A stretch of DNA of 64,000 bases from a virus: the IMG/VR virus record IMGVR_UViG_3300025014_000002; one strand, given 5' to 3'. The position numbers were made by a program, and so were the translations under genes. Shown one piece after another: positions 21,371 to 29,900 of this stretch. The notes beneath the pieces were generated by a model that was not told where the DNA came from, searched no databases, and saw only the letters and a list, made by a program, of their open reading frames with translations. Position 1 is the first letter of the stretch, and every line of letters starts with the position of its first letter.

Positions 21371-21430
21371 AAAGGTGGCTGTGAAACAACCTTTGGCAAC
21401 AGAAAAAAATTTATAATCAAAGAAAAAGGA

Positions 21431-22909
21431 CTACGGTGTGTAAGTAAATTTTTGCTGACCGCAGTCCCAAAATCTACGATATCCGGCGTTGAACATATTG
21501 GTCGCTTCAGACAACGTTGGATCATAAGTTGGCAACCATTTTTTAATTTGTGATTTCCAGCATTTAAATCTAGAAATCATAATACTTCCGTTTGTCCAAA
21601 AATACCCTGGGGTCACTTTAGATGCACTTTTTTCAAATCCAAGACGGCCATATACCTTACCACTAAATTTTGACAAATCGCAGTATGACACAATAGGTAG
21701 ATTTTGACACTTATTTTTAACTTCCTCAAATAACTTTTCAGCACCGCCAATAATTACTGTATTTTTCAATGTGCAAAACCGTAGTAGTTCTTTCGCATTT
21801 GATTTGTCATATCTAGATTTGTCATATCTAGATTTGTCATATCTAGATTTCCCAATAGTCATTAACGCTACTAATTTACCTTCAAAATATAATCCAACTG
21901 CAAATTCAGAGCTAATGCTACCCTGTAAATGATTTTCATTCAAAAAAGCAATCTCGTCCTTTTTACTTGGTGATCCTATATAACATTTTCGTGCATATAA
22001 CTTACTTGATTTGCCTAACTTAACTAAAATAAACGACTTTATTAACTCTTTTTTGTTCTCCCATTCATAATCAGTAATATGTATTAAGTTCACCCCGTTT
22101 GCCGTTGCTGCATTTGTTTTAGATAAATGCCGCATTTTATTTTCTTTTTTTCCTGTCAGGGAATACGAGTGCCAATAGAGCCCATCAATTTCTATTGCAA
22201 GTTTTTTGTCCGGAACATACAAGTCTATTTCATGACTTCCAAGAATATTCCAATTACTGTGCTCTACGGTGAATCCGTGAGATTGAATGAACTCTTTAAT
22301 TTCAATCTCAATAGTTGAGTATGAAGATCTTTTTCTAATAGGAAAATTATGCTTGACACAGTACTCTCCAACTGTACCGTAGTATATAACTAACTCTTTA
22401 CCTATGTCAACTAGCGAACGTTGGTTTTCATTGTACTCAGTATTGAGCCAGTCAAAATCATTGAGTTTCTCGAAATTTTCATTAGATACTTTGTGGTGTG
22501 ACAGTATTGATTTAACCTCATCTCGTTGTGAGTTATATTTTTTACCATATTTTAGCACCATAGTTGATGCGCGTTTACTCTCAATTGCTTTCTTTTTTTC
22601 GTCTGAATATTTAGTTTTGCTTTCTGATATTTTTTTAGTTAGTGATTCATTGCTGCACGAGCATGTTGATGCGTGACCACAAAATCCATAACCCTTAGTG
22701 ATCGAGATGAATTTTTTAATGGAGTTATTCACGCATACCCCAGTAGTCTGGTATAACGCGCTATATATTTTTTCTGACAATGTTGTAGTTGTTTCTAAAT
22801 CAACTAATGTGTTGGCATTCACCCAATTCATTAACTTCAAATCACGCTTAACGATTTGCGAATATTTCTTAGGATTAGAGTTAATTATATCTTTTATTTT
22901 TGCATGCAT
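21431..22909 (-). CDS. Hef-like free-standing PD-(D/E)XK homing endonuclease with C-terminal GNAT/Mom-like region
   Basis: EIDLYVPDKKLAIEIDGLYWHS nuclease motif; AT-rich; flanked by a 28 bp direct repeat; paralogue at 42544-44301. Confidence 0.7.
   Translation of the reverse strand: MHAKIKDIINSNPKKYSQIVKRDLKLMNWVNANTLVDLETTTTLSEKIYSALYQTTGVCVNNSIKKFISITKGYGFCGHASTCSCSNESLTKKISESKTKYSDEKKKAIESKRASTMVLKYGKKYNSQRDEVKSILSHHKVSNENFEKLNDFDWLNTEYNENQRSLVDIGKELVIYYGTVGEYCVKHNFPIRKRSSYSTIEIEIKEFIQSHGFTVEHSNWNILGSHEIDLYVPDKKLAIEIDGLYWHSYSLTGKKENKMRHLSKTNAATANGVNLIHITDYEWENKKELIKSFILVKLGKSSKLYARKCYIGSPSKKDEIAFLNENHLQGSISSEFAVGLYFEGKLVALMTIGKSRYDKSRYDKSRYDKSNAKELLRFCTLKNTVIIGGAEKLFEEVKNKCQNLPIVSYCDLSKFSGKVYGRLGFEKSASKVTPGYFWTNGSIMISRFKCWKSQIKKWLPTYDPTLSEATNMFNAGYRRFWDCGQQKFTYTP
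21801..21850. repeat. 15 bp tandem repeat x3.3 (KSRYD x3)
   Basis: GATTTGTCATATCTA repeated three times, then GATTT. Confidence 0.95.
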
Positions 22910-22947
22910 TTCTGACCTCGTAGCATTCTATAGTATATAGCAAAAAA

Positions 22948-23009
22948 TTTATAATCAAAGAAAAAGGACCGAAGTCCTTTTTCTTTATTGCCAAATAACC
23001 TGACTTTTT
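22948..23009 (-). terminator. Bidirectional intrinsic terminator, duplicate copy
   Basis: AAAGAAAAAGGAC-CGAA-GTCCTTTTTCTTT; 62 bp segment matches 23746-23807 at 61/62. Confidence 0.85.
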
Positions 23010-23012
23010 AGA

Positions 23013-23693
23013 TCACTGAAAACTCAGGTTCTTTTTACAGTTATCTCCGTGCCAACGTGCGTATCCGTTTACAGCTACTTCTTTATCGCAGTGGGGGCAA
23101 AGTTTTTTCTCTCGCTTCATACCGCGTATTGCGTCTGCTTTTTTCGATATAGTTTCGGCAGACTGTTTTCTTCCTAACGCCTTAGCGCGTTGTTTTGCTC
23201 GTGTGGCGTCACTTATAGAGACACCAAACCGATGATTCTTTTCTCCAGTGCGGGCTGCTGACAACTTTGCCTTCCATTCATCGGAGAATTTAGGCCTCCT
23301 TTTCCCACGTTTACTTGCACTAACTTTTTCGCATTGCTCTGGTGTTAGTTTAGACCCAGTATTCATTTTAGAGATGTATGCTGCATAATCTTCACGCAAT
23401 TTTGCAAATGCTCTACTTGTTATTTTTGTTTTGTACCTATGCTGATTTGCGTTTTCTCCCTGCATCATTACCAAGGCGTTAATCATTTTCCCTCTTTCTT
23501 GCCCTGCATGAATTTTAGTAAGCAACCAATGGCATACAAAATGTTGTCTAGCACTTAAATTGACTAAGTTTGCAGGATCATTTGTACCGCCCAAACTGCG
23601 AGGAATAATGTGATGCGTTTCTGTGTAACCCGCAAATGGTTCAGTTCTTGCTTGATCAATTATGCTGTCATACCAAACTGTGTATTTGCTCAT
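23013..23693 (-). CDS. HNH homing endonuclease with NUMOD3-like repeats
   Basis: ETHHIIPRSLGGTNDPANLVNLSARQHFVCHWLL HNH motif; basic NUMOD3-type repeats; own late promoter at 23714-23721. Confidence 0.85.
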   Translation of the reverse strand: MSKYTVWYDSIIDQARTEPFAGYTETHHIIPRSLGGTNDPANLVNLSARQHFVCHWLLTKIHAGQERGKMINALVMMQGENANQHRYKTKITSRAFAKLREDYAAYISKMNTGSKLTPEQCEKVSASKRGKRRPKFSDEWKAKLSAARTGEKNHRFGVSISDATRAKQRAKALGRKQSAETISKKADAIRGMKREKKLCPHCDKEVAVNGYARWHGDNCKKNLSFQ

Positions 23694-23713
23694 TTTTCAT
23701 ATTCATAACAAAT

Positions 23714-23721
23714 TATTTATG
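23714..23721 (-). promoter_or_regulatory. Late promoter motif CATAAATA for the HNH gene
   Basis: TAAATA 20 nt upstream of ATG at 23693. Confidence 0.6.
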
Positions 23722-23745
23722 CGTTTTTAGTTAATTTGACAATTT

Positions 23746-23807
23746 TTTATAATCAAAGAAAAAGGACCGAAGTCCTTTTTCTTTATTGTCAAATAACCTG
23801 ACTTTTT
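23746..23807 (-). terminator. Intrinsic terminator of the major capsid gene
   Basis: Perfect hairpin with A/T tracts on both sides, directly after the capsid stop codon. Confidence 0.85.
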
Positions 23808-23812
23808 TCGTT

Positions 23813-24991
23813 TTATTGGAACGAAAGGTTCTGAATTGCAATTTCCCCAAGATAGTCGCCAGCATTACCCAGGCTGCTTGCAGTATTCGTGAGTTCCACA
23901 TAGCCATATCTTGTTAAAAACCCAACCACAGGTTCGAAGGTTGCTGGGTCAAGAACAACACCAGAGGACATCAACGGAACATATGGGCAGTAGAACGCTG
24001 CAGCATCGGATTCGCTAGTACCTTTGTATCCAACCAAGATTGGAGTGGTATCAGCTGCATAGCTGTCAACATACACTTTCATCGCGCTGTTCAATGTACC
24101 AACAAACTTAGTGTTTGTAGGTGCTTCAAATGTGCCTTCTGTTGTACGTGCAAAAGCAGAGGTAGTAGCAGATTGTAACACTGTCAAAGCAGCAGGAGAT
24201 ACCACAGCCCAGTTACCAGCACCACGACGTGTGCGTTGAGCGATCTTGTTAGCTACACGGTTAATCAACACTGCCAATGCGGCGTGCTCATCACCCACGA
24301 ACGTAGCTGTACCAGACACAGTAGCTTGGTTGTAAGTTTCTTCAGTTGCTGACAAGGCGCGCAACGAACCCAAGATTTCTTGGTCGATTTCAACTGTAAT
24401 TTCTTGAGCCAAAGCAGCCATAATTTCTGCTTCAACATCGAGACCATGCATAGCTTGAGCATCTTGTGCTGCTTCAAAAGTCCAACGAGCGCTTAACTTG
24501 CGGGATTTTGCTTCAACAACTTGTTTCAAGATTTGCACGTTGATCTTGCGACCAGGTACGCCTTCAAGAGAGGCTGTGCTATCAGCACGACCAGTAGCTG
24601 CGCTGCCTGAGTAAGCAACAGCAATCTTGAATGGGCTTAACATTTCATCGCCAGCTGTAGCACTAGTGCCAAAGCCAGAACCATCAGCCATGTTGTCTGC
24701 ATAACGCACACGCAAAGTATGAATTTGAGAAACTGGGCCTGTCATTGGCTGAACACCAACGATTTCATTAGCGATAACTGTCGGCATAACACGACGAATC
24801 ACTGGGAGGATAACACGGTTCAGAGTGGAAATGTTAGCAGCTTGTGTACCACCAGCTGTTGCATTTTCATTCAAACTTCTGCGGGTATTTTCCAAAATAA
24901 CACCCATTGTTGAACGACGTGAACCTTGCAAACCTTCTAACAGGGCCTCCTTGGTTTCGCCCCAACGGCTTTCTAATAGATTTTGTGACAT
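23813..24991 (-). CDS. gp23: Major capsid protein (T4 gp23-like)
   Basis: LPVIRRVMPTVIANEIVGVQPMTGPVSQIHTLR, RKLSARWTFEAAQDAQ, AFYCPYVPL, FEPVVGFLTRYG motifs. Confidence 0.95.
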   Translation of the reverse strand: MSQNLLESRWGETKEALLEGLQGSRRSTMGVILENTRRSLNENATAGGTQAANISTLNRVILPVIRRVMPTVIANEIVGVQPMTGPVSQIHTLRVRYADNMADGSGFGTSATAGDEMLSPFKIAVAYSGSAATGRADSTASLEGVPGRKINVQILKQVVEAKSRKLSARWTFEAAQDAQAMHGLDVEAEIMAALAQEITVEIDQEILGSLRALSATEETYNQATVSGTATFVGDEHAALAVLINRVANKIAQRTRRGAGNWAVVSPAALTVLQSATTSAFARTTEGTFEAPTNTKFVGTLNSAMKVYVDSYAADTTPILVGYKGTSESDAAAFYCPYVPLMSSGVVLDPATFEPVVGFLTRYGYVELTNTASSLGNAGDYLGEIAIQNLSFQ

Positions 24992-25019
24992 GATTTTTTC
25001 CTTTGTATTAATCTAGTTT

Positions 25020-26120
25020 TTACTTCAGCCCTGCTAACCGTTTGAGTTCAAAAACATTATCTGTTTCATCCTTCAAAACTGGTTTCACAGTTTTATCGCC
25101 CGTCATTGCTACACGATCTTCACTTAACACCTTGGCTTGAGGCTTTGATGCGCTGCTATTGTTAGTAAGCACTGCTGGTAGATACTTGTCGTATACAGAA
25201 CGCAGTTTCTCGGTCTGTACATTCTCAAGAAGATCCGACATCACCGTAGCTTTGTCTTTGTTAAGCGGTTGCAACAGTTCGGCTAACACTTGTTTGCGCT
25301 TAACGCTTTCTTGAATAATCTTAATTTCACGGTCTTTAGACTCAACTAACTGAGTCTTTTCAGATGCTGCTTTTTTAGCTTCTTCGAGTTGTCGAGTTTT
25401 AGCTTTCACTAAAGATGTTAGCTTGGCAATTTCCTTGTTCTCATTTAAATGAGTAGCAGTGAATTCGCTAGCAAACGCTTCGAACAATCTACGTCCAAAC
25501 ATGTTTTCGCGAGCAACTTGAATGTCTTCTTTCAGTTGTCCTAGCTCTGACTTTAAACCTGTGGTAATTGATTCTTTAACTAGCTGTGCGCTGCGAGCAA
25601 CGAACGCTTTTTGCATTTCTGCCATTTTTTCTTTGGCGCCTGCAATTAGACGAACTTTTGTCTCAACAACTTCTTGCTTGTCTTTAGAAAACTCTGAAAT
25701 TTCTTCAGACAACTGACGCATTACGAAACCTTCCAGTCTCTTAACGCTCTCAGTTTGTACTTTACGATCTTTCCGTAGTTCTTTGATTTCTTCAGCTAAT
25801 TTTTCAACCATAAAATCATTGAACCGTTTGCTTGACTCACGCACGTTCTGATTGAACTTAACGCGGTCTGCCGCAAGAGCTTTCTTTTCTTCCCTGAATT
25901 CAACGATTTCTTGTTGCAGGGATTCAGTTACCATTGTGTCTAAAGCTTCAACCATTACACTTTTATCGTGTTCATAGCGGCGGGCGAATTCCTCACGCAA
26001 TTCACTACGGGCTAGCTCTTTGGCTTCAGCAAGCTGAGCCTCCCATGCTTCCGTAATGGCTTGACGTGTATCTTCGTTTATAATGCCGCCATCAATAAGT
26101 GGTTTGATCGCATTTAACAT
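25020..26120 (-). CDS. gp22: Prohead core scaffold protein (gp22-like)
   Basis: Coiled-coil, charged protein between the protease and capsid genes. Confidence 0.8.
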   Translation of the reverse strand: MLNAIKPLIDGGIINEDTRQAITEAWEAQLAEAKELARSELREEFARRYEHDKSVMVEALDTMVTESLQQEIVEFREEKKALAADRVKFNQNVRESSKRFNDFMVEKLAEEIKELRKDRKVQTESVKRLEGFVMRQLSEEISEFSKDKQEVVETKVRLIAGAKEKMAEMQKAFVARSAQLVKESITTGLKSELGQLKEDIQVARENMFGRRLFEAFASEFTATHLNENKEIAKLTSLVKAKTRQLEEAKKAASEKTQLVESKDREIKIIQESVKRKQVLAELLQPLNKDKATVMSDLLENVQTEKLRSVYDKYLPAVLTNNSSASKPQAKVLSEDRVAMTGDKTVKPVLKDETDNVFELKRLAGLK

Positions 26121-26986
26121 AACGTCTCCTTGTTAACTTCCCAAGTTCCATGGGATTCCTTCTGATTAAAATCTTCCATAATGCAAGATTTCAAACTTCT
26201 TCCAGAAATAAAATTATCTGGTTCTGTACCTGGTATAAACCGTTTTGCTGTCAATCCATTAGTAAACCATTTATACTTAGTTTTGTCATAACTCATATCG
26301 TGCTGAATTTTTCTTCCAATAGTAAATCCGTCTGGCTCTTTGCCAGGTGTACATTGTAATGACTCCGTACCATTGGTAAACCAACGCTTTACATAGATCC
26401 TACCTTTAATAAATCCATCATCCATTTGATCTTTATTTACTTGCTTTGATGTATCCCCATTGTTTACCCACATAAGTTGTCCACGTTTACCTTTGTTCCA
26501 TGCCTCTTTGCCAAACATTGGGTTTTTAATTCCTATTTTTTGACTTCGAAGAATTTCTTTAATCTCAGGGCGTGTTGATGGATTTTTGTTACCAATGCAC
26601 TTACCTTTTCTCGACACGCTTACTTTTTTAGCATAGTTTTCTATACGAGAGTCAGTATCTTTTGTTAAAGATTTATTCCATGGTGGAATGCCATTAGTAG
26701 TAAACTTACCATCTCCATTATGCTGGTTAAACGACATAGGGTCATTTTTTGCGTCAAGTTGTGATAGATATGCTGATTCAAGATTGCGAATAAACGTTGG
26801 ATCGCCAATTAACAATACTTCTCTTTCCCAGTCGTTTCTATTTTCAAGAATCATCGGTTTGACAATTTTACTTGAGCATATATACCCATCATTTGGATGG
26901 CACCCAACAGCAGCTCTAGATCCAATATACCACTTACGAGTAGGAATATGAGTCCATTTATACAAGAAAGCCAATGTTATTTTCAT
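26114..26986 (-). CDS. GIY-YIG (Seg-like) homing endonuclease
   Basis: FLYKWTH...WYIGSR...GYICSS N-terminal motif; three W(F/V)xNG...GFxxGR repeats; overlaps both neighbouring genes. Confidence 0.75.
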   Translation of the reverse strand: MKITLAFLYKWTHIPTRKWYIGSRAAVGCHPNDGYICSSKIVKPMILENRNDWEREVLLIGDPTFIRNLESAYLSQLDAKNDPMSFNQHNGDGKFTTNGIPPWNKSLTKDTDSRIENYAKKVSVSRKGKCIGNKNPSTRPEIKEILRSQKIGIKNPMFGKEAWNKGKRGQLMWVNNGDTSKQVNKDQMDDGFIKGRIYVKRWFTNGTESLQCTPGKEPDGFTIGRKIQHDMSYDKTKYKWFTNGLTAKRFIPGTEPDNFISGRSLKSCIMEDFNQKESHGTWEVNKETLC

Positions 26987-27630
26987 TTTAGTTTCATATC
27001 CTGAATTAAGCGTATGACTTGACCTTTGATATACCGTTGCACCTTAGTATCAGCTGCCATTTCAAGAACTTTATGACCATGACGCATGTTCATAAGTGAT
27101 TCGTAAATAGCTTTTGGATATGCGTTTGGAGCTGATGGCTGGGCTACTATATCTACAGTAATAATTTCAAAATCACTAACATGACCGTTTGCTTCATTGA
27201 CGTTACCGCTTCCGCGGCTGGAAACTCCAAGCTTCACTCCCGATTCCAGCATAGTTTTAACAATATTTCCCATCGGTGTCGGGAGAATTTGTAATTTTCC
27301 TACACCATTGGGACCTTCCATGCTCATTTTTACAATTTTGTGAGTAACTCTATCGAGGTTGATTTTAAGATCATCTGGATGATCCATTTCACCGAGAATA
27401 TCACCTCCATTGGAGTCAAGTAAAATGTTATTCATCGAGTCTACGGCTTTTTTAATTTCATGGACAGGGTATACGCGCTGGTTCGCATTTCGTATATCGC
27501 CTTGAATAAAAATTCCAGCCATATATAAATGCTTACCTTTATTACCAAAAGCATCTTCAGCTTCTTCCAAAGTAACTTTATTTTTGCCAATACTTGGGGA
27601 AATGAATTCTGATAAGATTACTTTAGACAT
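26983..27630 (-). CDS. gp21: Prohead protease (gp21-like); start corrected to MSKVILSEF
   Basis: GIFIQGDIRNANQRVYP, GEMDHPDDLKINLDRVTH, LGVSSRGSG, TVDIVAQPSAPNAY motifs; the track's longer start overlaps the upstream gene. Confidence 0.9.
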   Translation of the reverse strand: MSKVILSEFISPSIGKNKVTLEEAEDAFGNKGKHLYMAGIFIQGDIRNANQRVYPVHEIKKAVDSMNNILLDSNGGDILGEMDHPDDLKINLDRVTHKIVKMSMEGPNGVGKLQILPTPMGNIVKTMLESGVKLGVSSRGSGNVNEANGHVSDFEIITVDIVAQPSAPNAYPKAIYESLMNMRHGHKVLEMAADTKVQRYIKGQVIRLIQDMKLK

Positions 27631-27637
27631 ATATCTA

Positions 27638-28774
27638 TTACGCCTTGTAGCCTGACGATCCGCCTGGATTGAAGGATTTCTTAGCAACTGGAACTGACTC
27701 TTTAGTTGTTTGACCTTCTTGCTCACGCTTTACAGTACGCTTGTCTTTGTAGCCTTTAGTGTTAGCACCTGGGCTGTTTTCGTACTTGTCTTGACCCATC
27801 TTTGTCTCGCCTTTTGTCAAGTAATTGCTTGGTTTCTTGGGACCAGTATTACTGTCACGGTCAGAAGCTGCACCACCTTGTGCTATATTTTTTGTAGTTC
27901 CACCCATGTCGTTTTTACCACCGATTTGGGTGCTCTTAGAGTTGATTGGTGATTTTGTACCACCAGACCCAATAGCGTCACCTTCAACAGGCTTAACTGC
28001 AGTTACTTTTTCAACATACTCGCGCATTAAGTCAGCTGGTGACTTGCGAGATTCTTTAACTTTTTTAGCTTTTTCTTCTTTCTCAGCAGTCTTACCGTCG
28101 TACTTGTCGCCCTTAACAGCAGTACCTGGGTGTTTGTTACCCTTCATGTCAGTCCATGGTTTGTCGGTTTTCTTGGATTCGCCGTAGATGCTAGCTTCGC
28201 CAAACTTTTGTCCGTCTGACTCGGCTTCGTCACCTAGTTCTTCACCGCCTATGTCTTCTTCATCAGCGTCGAACTCGTCGTCGCCCATGTCATCTTCGCC
28301 AGCGTCATCATGGATACCAGGCATATTTTCTTCTTCAGCTTCTTCGCCGGCCATTAGCGAGTCAAACTCTGCTTTAAGTTCGTCGATTGCGTCTTCTAGA
28401 TCCATAACACGGGCTTCAACACTTGCTTCGCCACCTATTGCGTCCTCATCGCCAGCGAACTCATCGCCAGCGAACTCATCGCCGTCCATGTCGTCATCGC
28501 CAGCGAACTCATCGCCGTCCATGTCGTCATCGCCAGCAAACTCGTCATCTTCATGCATACCTTGTTGGTCGCCGTCAATAATATCATTCTGATCTTCAAT
28601 TTCGTCGCCAAGGCGTTCTGCACCGCGACCACGTTGGACAGGGAACTGGTCCTCGTCAACTAAACTCTCATAAATATCACGGCTTTTTGCGATTACAATA
28701 TCGTGAAACAATGCTTTAGCTTTCGCGTCATCTTCGTTGATAATGTATTGAATAAGTTTTTCGAACTTTTGCAT
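27638..28774 (-). CDS. Acidic prohead core/internal head protein (putative)
   Basis: Very D/E-rich N-half with tandem EFAGDDDMDGD repeats (about 28440-28550); position between portal and protease; late promoter at 28809-28815. Confidence 0.55.
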   Translation of the reverse strand: MQKFEKLIQYIINEDDAKAKALFHDIVIAKSRDIYESLVDEDQFPVQRGRGAERLGDEIEDQNDIIDGDQQGMHEDDEFAGDDDMDGDEFAGDDDMDGDEFAGDEFAGDEDAIGGEASVEARVMDLEDAIDELKAEFDSLMAGEEAEEENMPGIHDDAGEDDMGDDEFDADEEDIGGEELGDEAESDGQKFGEASIYGESKKTDKPWTDMKGNKHPGTAVKGDKYDGKTAEKEEKAKKVKESRKSPADLMREYVEKVTAVKPVEGDAIGSGGTKSPINSKSTQIGGKNDMGGTTKNIAQGGAASDRDSNTGPKKPSNYLTKGETKMGQDKYENSPGANTKGYKDKRTVKREQEGQTTKESVPVAKKSFNPGGSSGYKA

Positions 28775-28808
28775 AGGTAACTCCTTAAGGTTATATAACT
28801 TGTAATAT

Positions 28809-28815
28809 TATTTAC
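28809..28815 (-). promoter_or_regulatory. Late promoter motif GTAAATA
   Basis: TAAATA core upstream of TAAGGAG RBS and ATG at 28774. Confidence 0.55.
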
Positions 28816-28899
28816 TCAAAACTGAATAAATCAGTGTAATATGAGTGTTTTTCAGAGCGAACTTAAAGATAACTAGAAACTTGCGCAGTTTTGCGCTAA

Positions 28900-29475
28900 T
28901 TACATGTATGGTTGCTTTGATTTATACGGGCCGCGCTTACTTCCAGTCATTACCTCACTGCGCATTTTTCGAAATCCCTCCGTTTTCGATCTCGCTGATA
29001 GTCGAGACCGTCTTTCATTCGCTCCAACTAAGCCGTATAATTCTTCCCAGGATTTCCCCTTTTTAATTTCAGACAATCTTTTCTTGTGACTTTCTGATTT
29101 AGGGGCTTTCATATTTTCTGTATTACTTTTAGGCTTTCTCATTTTTTCTTTTGTTGCCTCTGTACAAACTCTACCATACGTTCCCTCACCGCCATCTGTC
29201 ATGTTTAGCAAAATTCCTGTTCCAATATCTTTTCTACCCCACCAGTTAATCAAGCGGCGTTCTATTGCAACAGCACCCAATGGTGTCAAATTTGTCTCGA
29301 GAAAAATTATATATTGTTTTGCTGGTGTGTGGCAGCCTTTGCCAGCTATACGATGAGCTTCATATGCTCGTCTGCCAGTTCCTTTGCCAATGTAGTATGG
29401 TGTTCCTGCTTTTGCAGTCTTAGAATCTTTGCTTCGCACGTATGCGTAAACATAGTAAATATCATTGCTGGACAT
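28900..29475 (-). CDS. GIY-YIG homing endonuclease with NUMOD3-like tail
   Basis: [11 protein letters not shown]...[13 protein letters not shown]...[14 protein letters not shown]...[10 protein letters not shown]. Confidence 0.8.
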   Translation of the reverse strand: MSSNDIYYVYAYVRSKDSKTAKAGTPYYIGKGTGRRAYEAHRIAGKGCHTPAKQYIIFLETNLTPLGAVAIERRLINWWGRKDIGTGILLNMTDGGEGTYGRVCTEATKEKMRKPKSNTENMKAPKSESHKKRLSEIKKGKSWEELYGLVGANERRSRLSARSKTEGFRKMRSEVMTGSKRGPYKSKQPYM

Positions 29476-29530
29476 ATAACCTCCGTTGTCGTCTAGAGTA
29501 GTCGGGGATTGCCGTCCCGCGGGCTACACC

Positions 29531-29591
29531 TTTATCATCGAGCGTAAAACCACTGGACTGAAGATCCAGTGGTTTTACGCTCGATGATAAA
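29531..29591. repeat. Perfect 27 bp inverted repeat with 7 nt loop
   Basis: TTTATCATCGAGCGTAAAACCACTGGA-CTGAAGA-TCCAGTGGTTTTACGCTCGATGATAAA. Confidence 0.95.
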
Positions 29592-29618
29592 TTCTGCAGA
29601 TTTCATGAGAGTTATGTG

Positions 29619-29873
29619 TTACATTCCCATACCACCAGCGTCCTGCTCTGCCGGTTTATACATATTTGAAAGACCTTTCAACTTTTTCTCGTGCTCTATT
29701 TTTCTAATATCGTTGATTTGCCGTAGTTTATTCAGCTGGTCAAGAGTAAGCCGTGTTTTCCGTAAATCAGAAATAGTTAAAATGGACTGATCGTCCTTCT
29801 CAGTAGAGTAGCCGGGCGGATTTGCCTCAATGACCGAGTCCTTACCCATTTCAAATAAATCTAATATATACAT
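29619..29873 (-). CDS. Small hypothetical head-module protein (84 aa)
   Basis: ORF directly downstream of the portal, with TTAAATA motif at 29879-29885. Confidence 0.6.
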   Translation of the reverse strand: MYILDLFEMGKDSVIEANPPGYSTEKDDQSILTISDLRKTRLTLDQLNKLRQINDIRKIEHEKKLKGLSNMYKPAEQDAGGMGM

Positions 29874-29900
29874 ATCTTTATTTAACCAAAAACTAGTTTT

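Noticed and set aside
27631-27726. N-terminal extension of the prohead protease given in the ORF track
   Set aside because: It overlaps the upstream gene out of frame; the ATG at 27630 gives the expected protease start
28811-28823. 13 bp TTTACTCAAAACT shared with 38799-38811 of the mini-element
   Set aside because: Short, AT-rich and overlapping a late-promoter word, with no further similarity to the element ends or scaffold
29569-29790. Plus-strand 73 aa ORF overlapping the 27 bp hairpin
   Set aside because: Antisense to the 84 aa gene in a minus-strand operon, with no supporting signals
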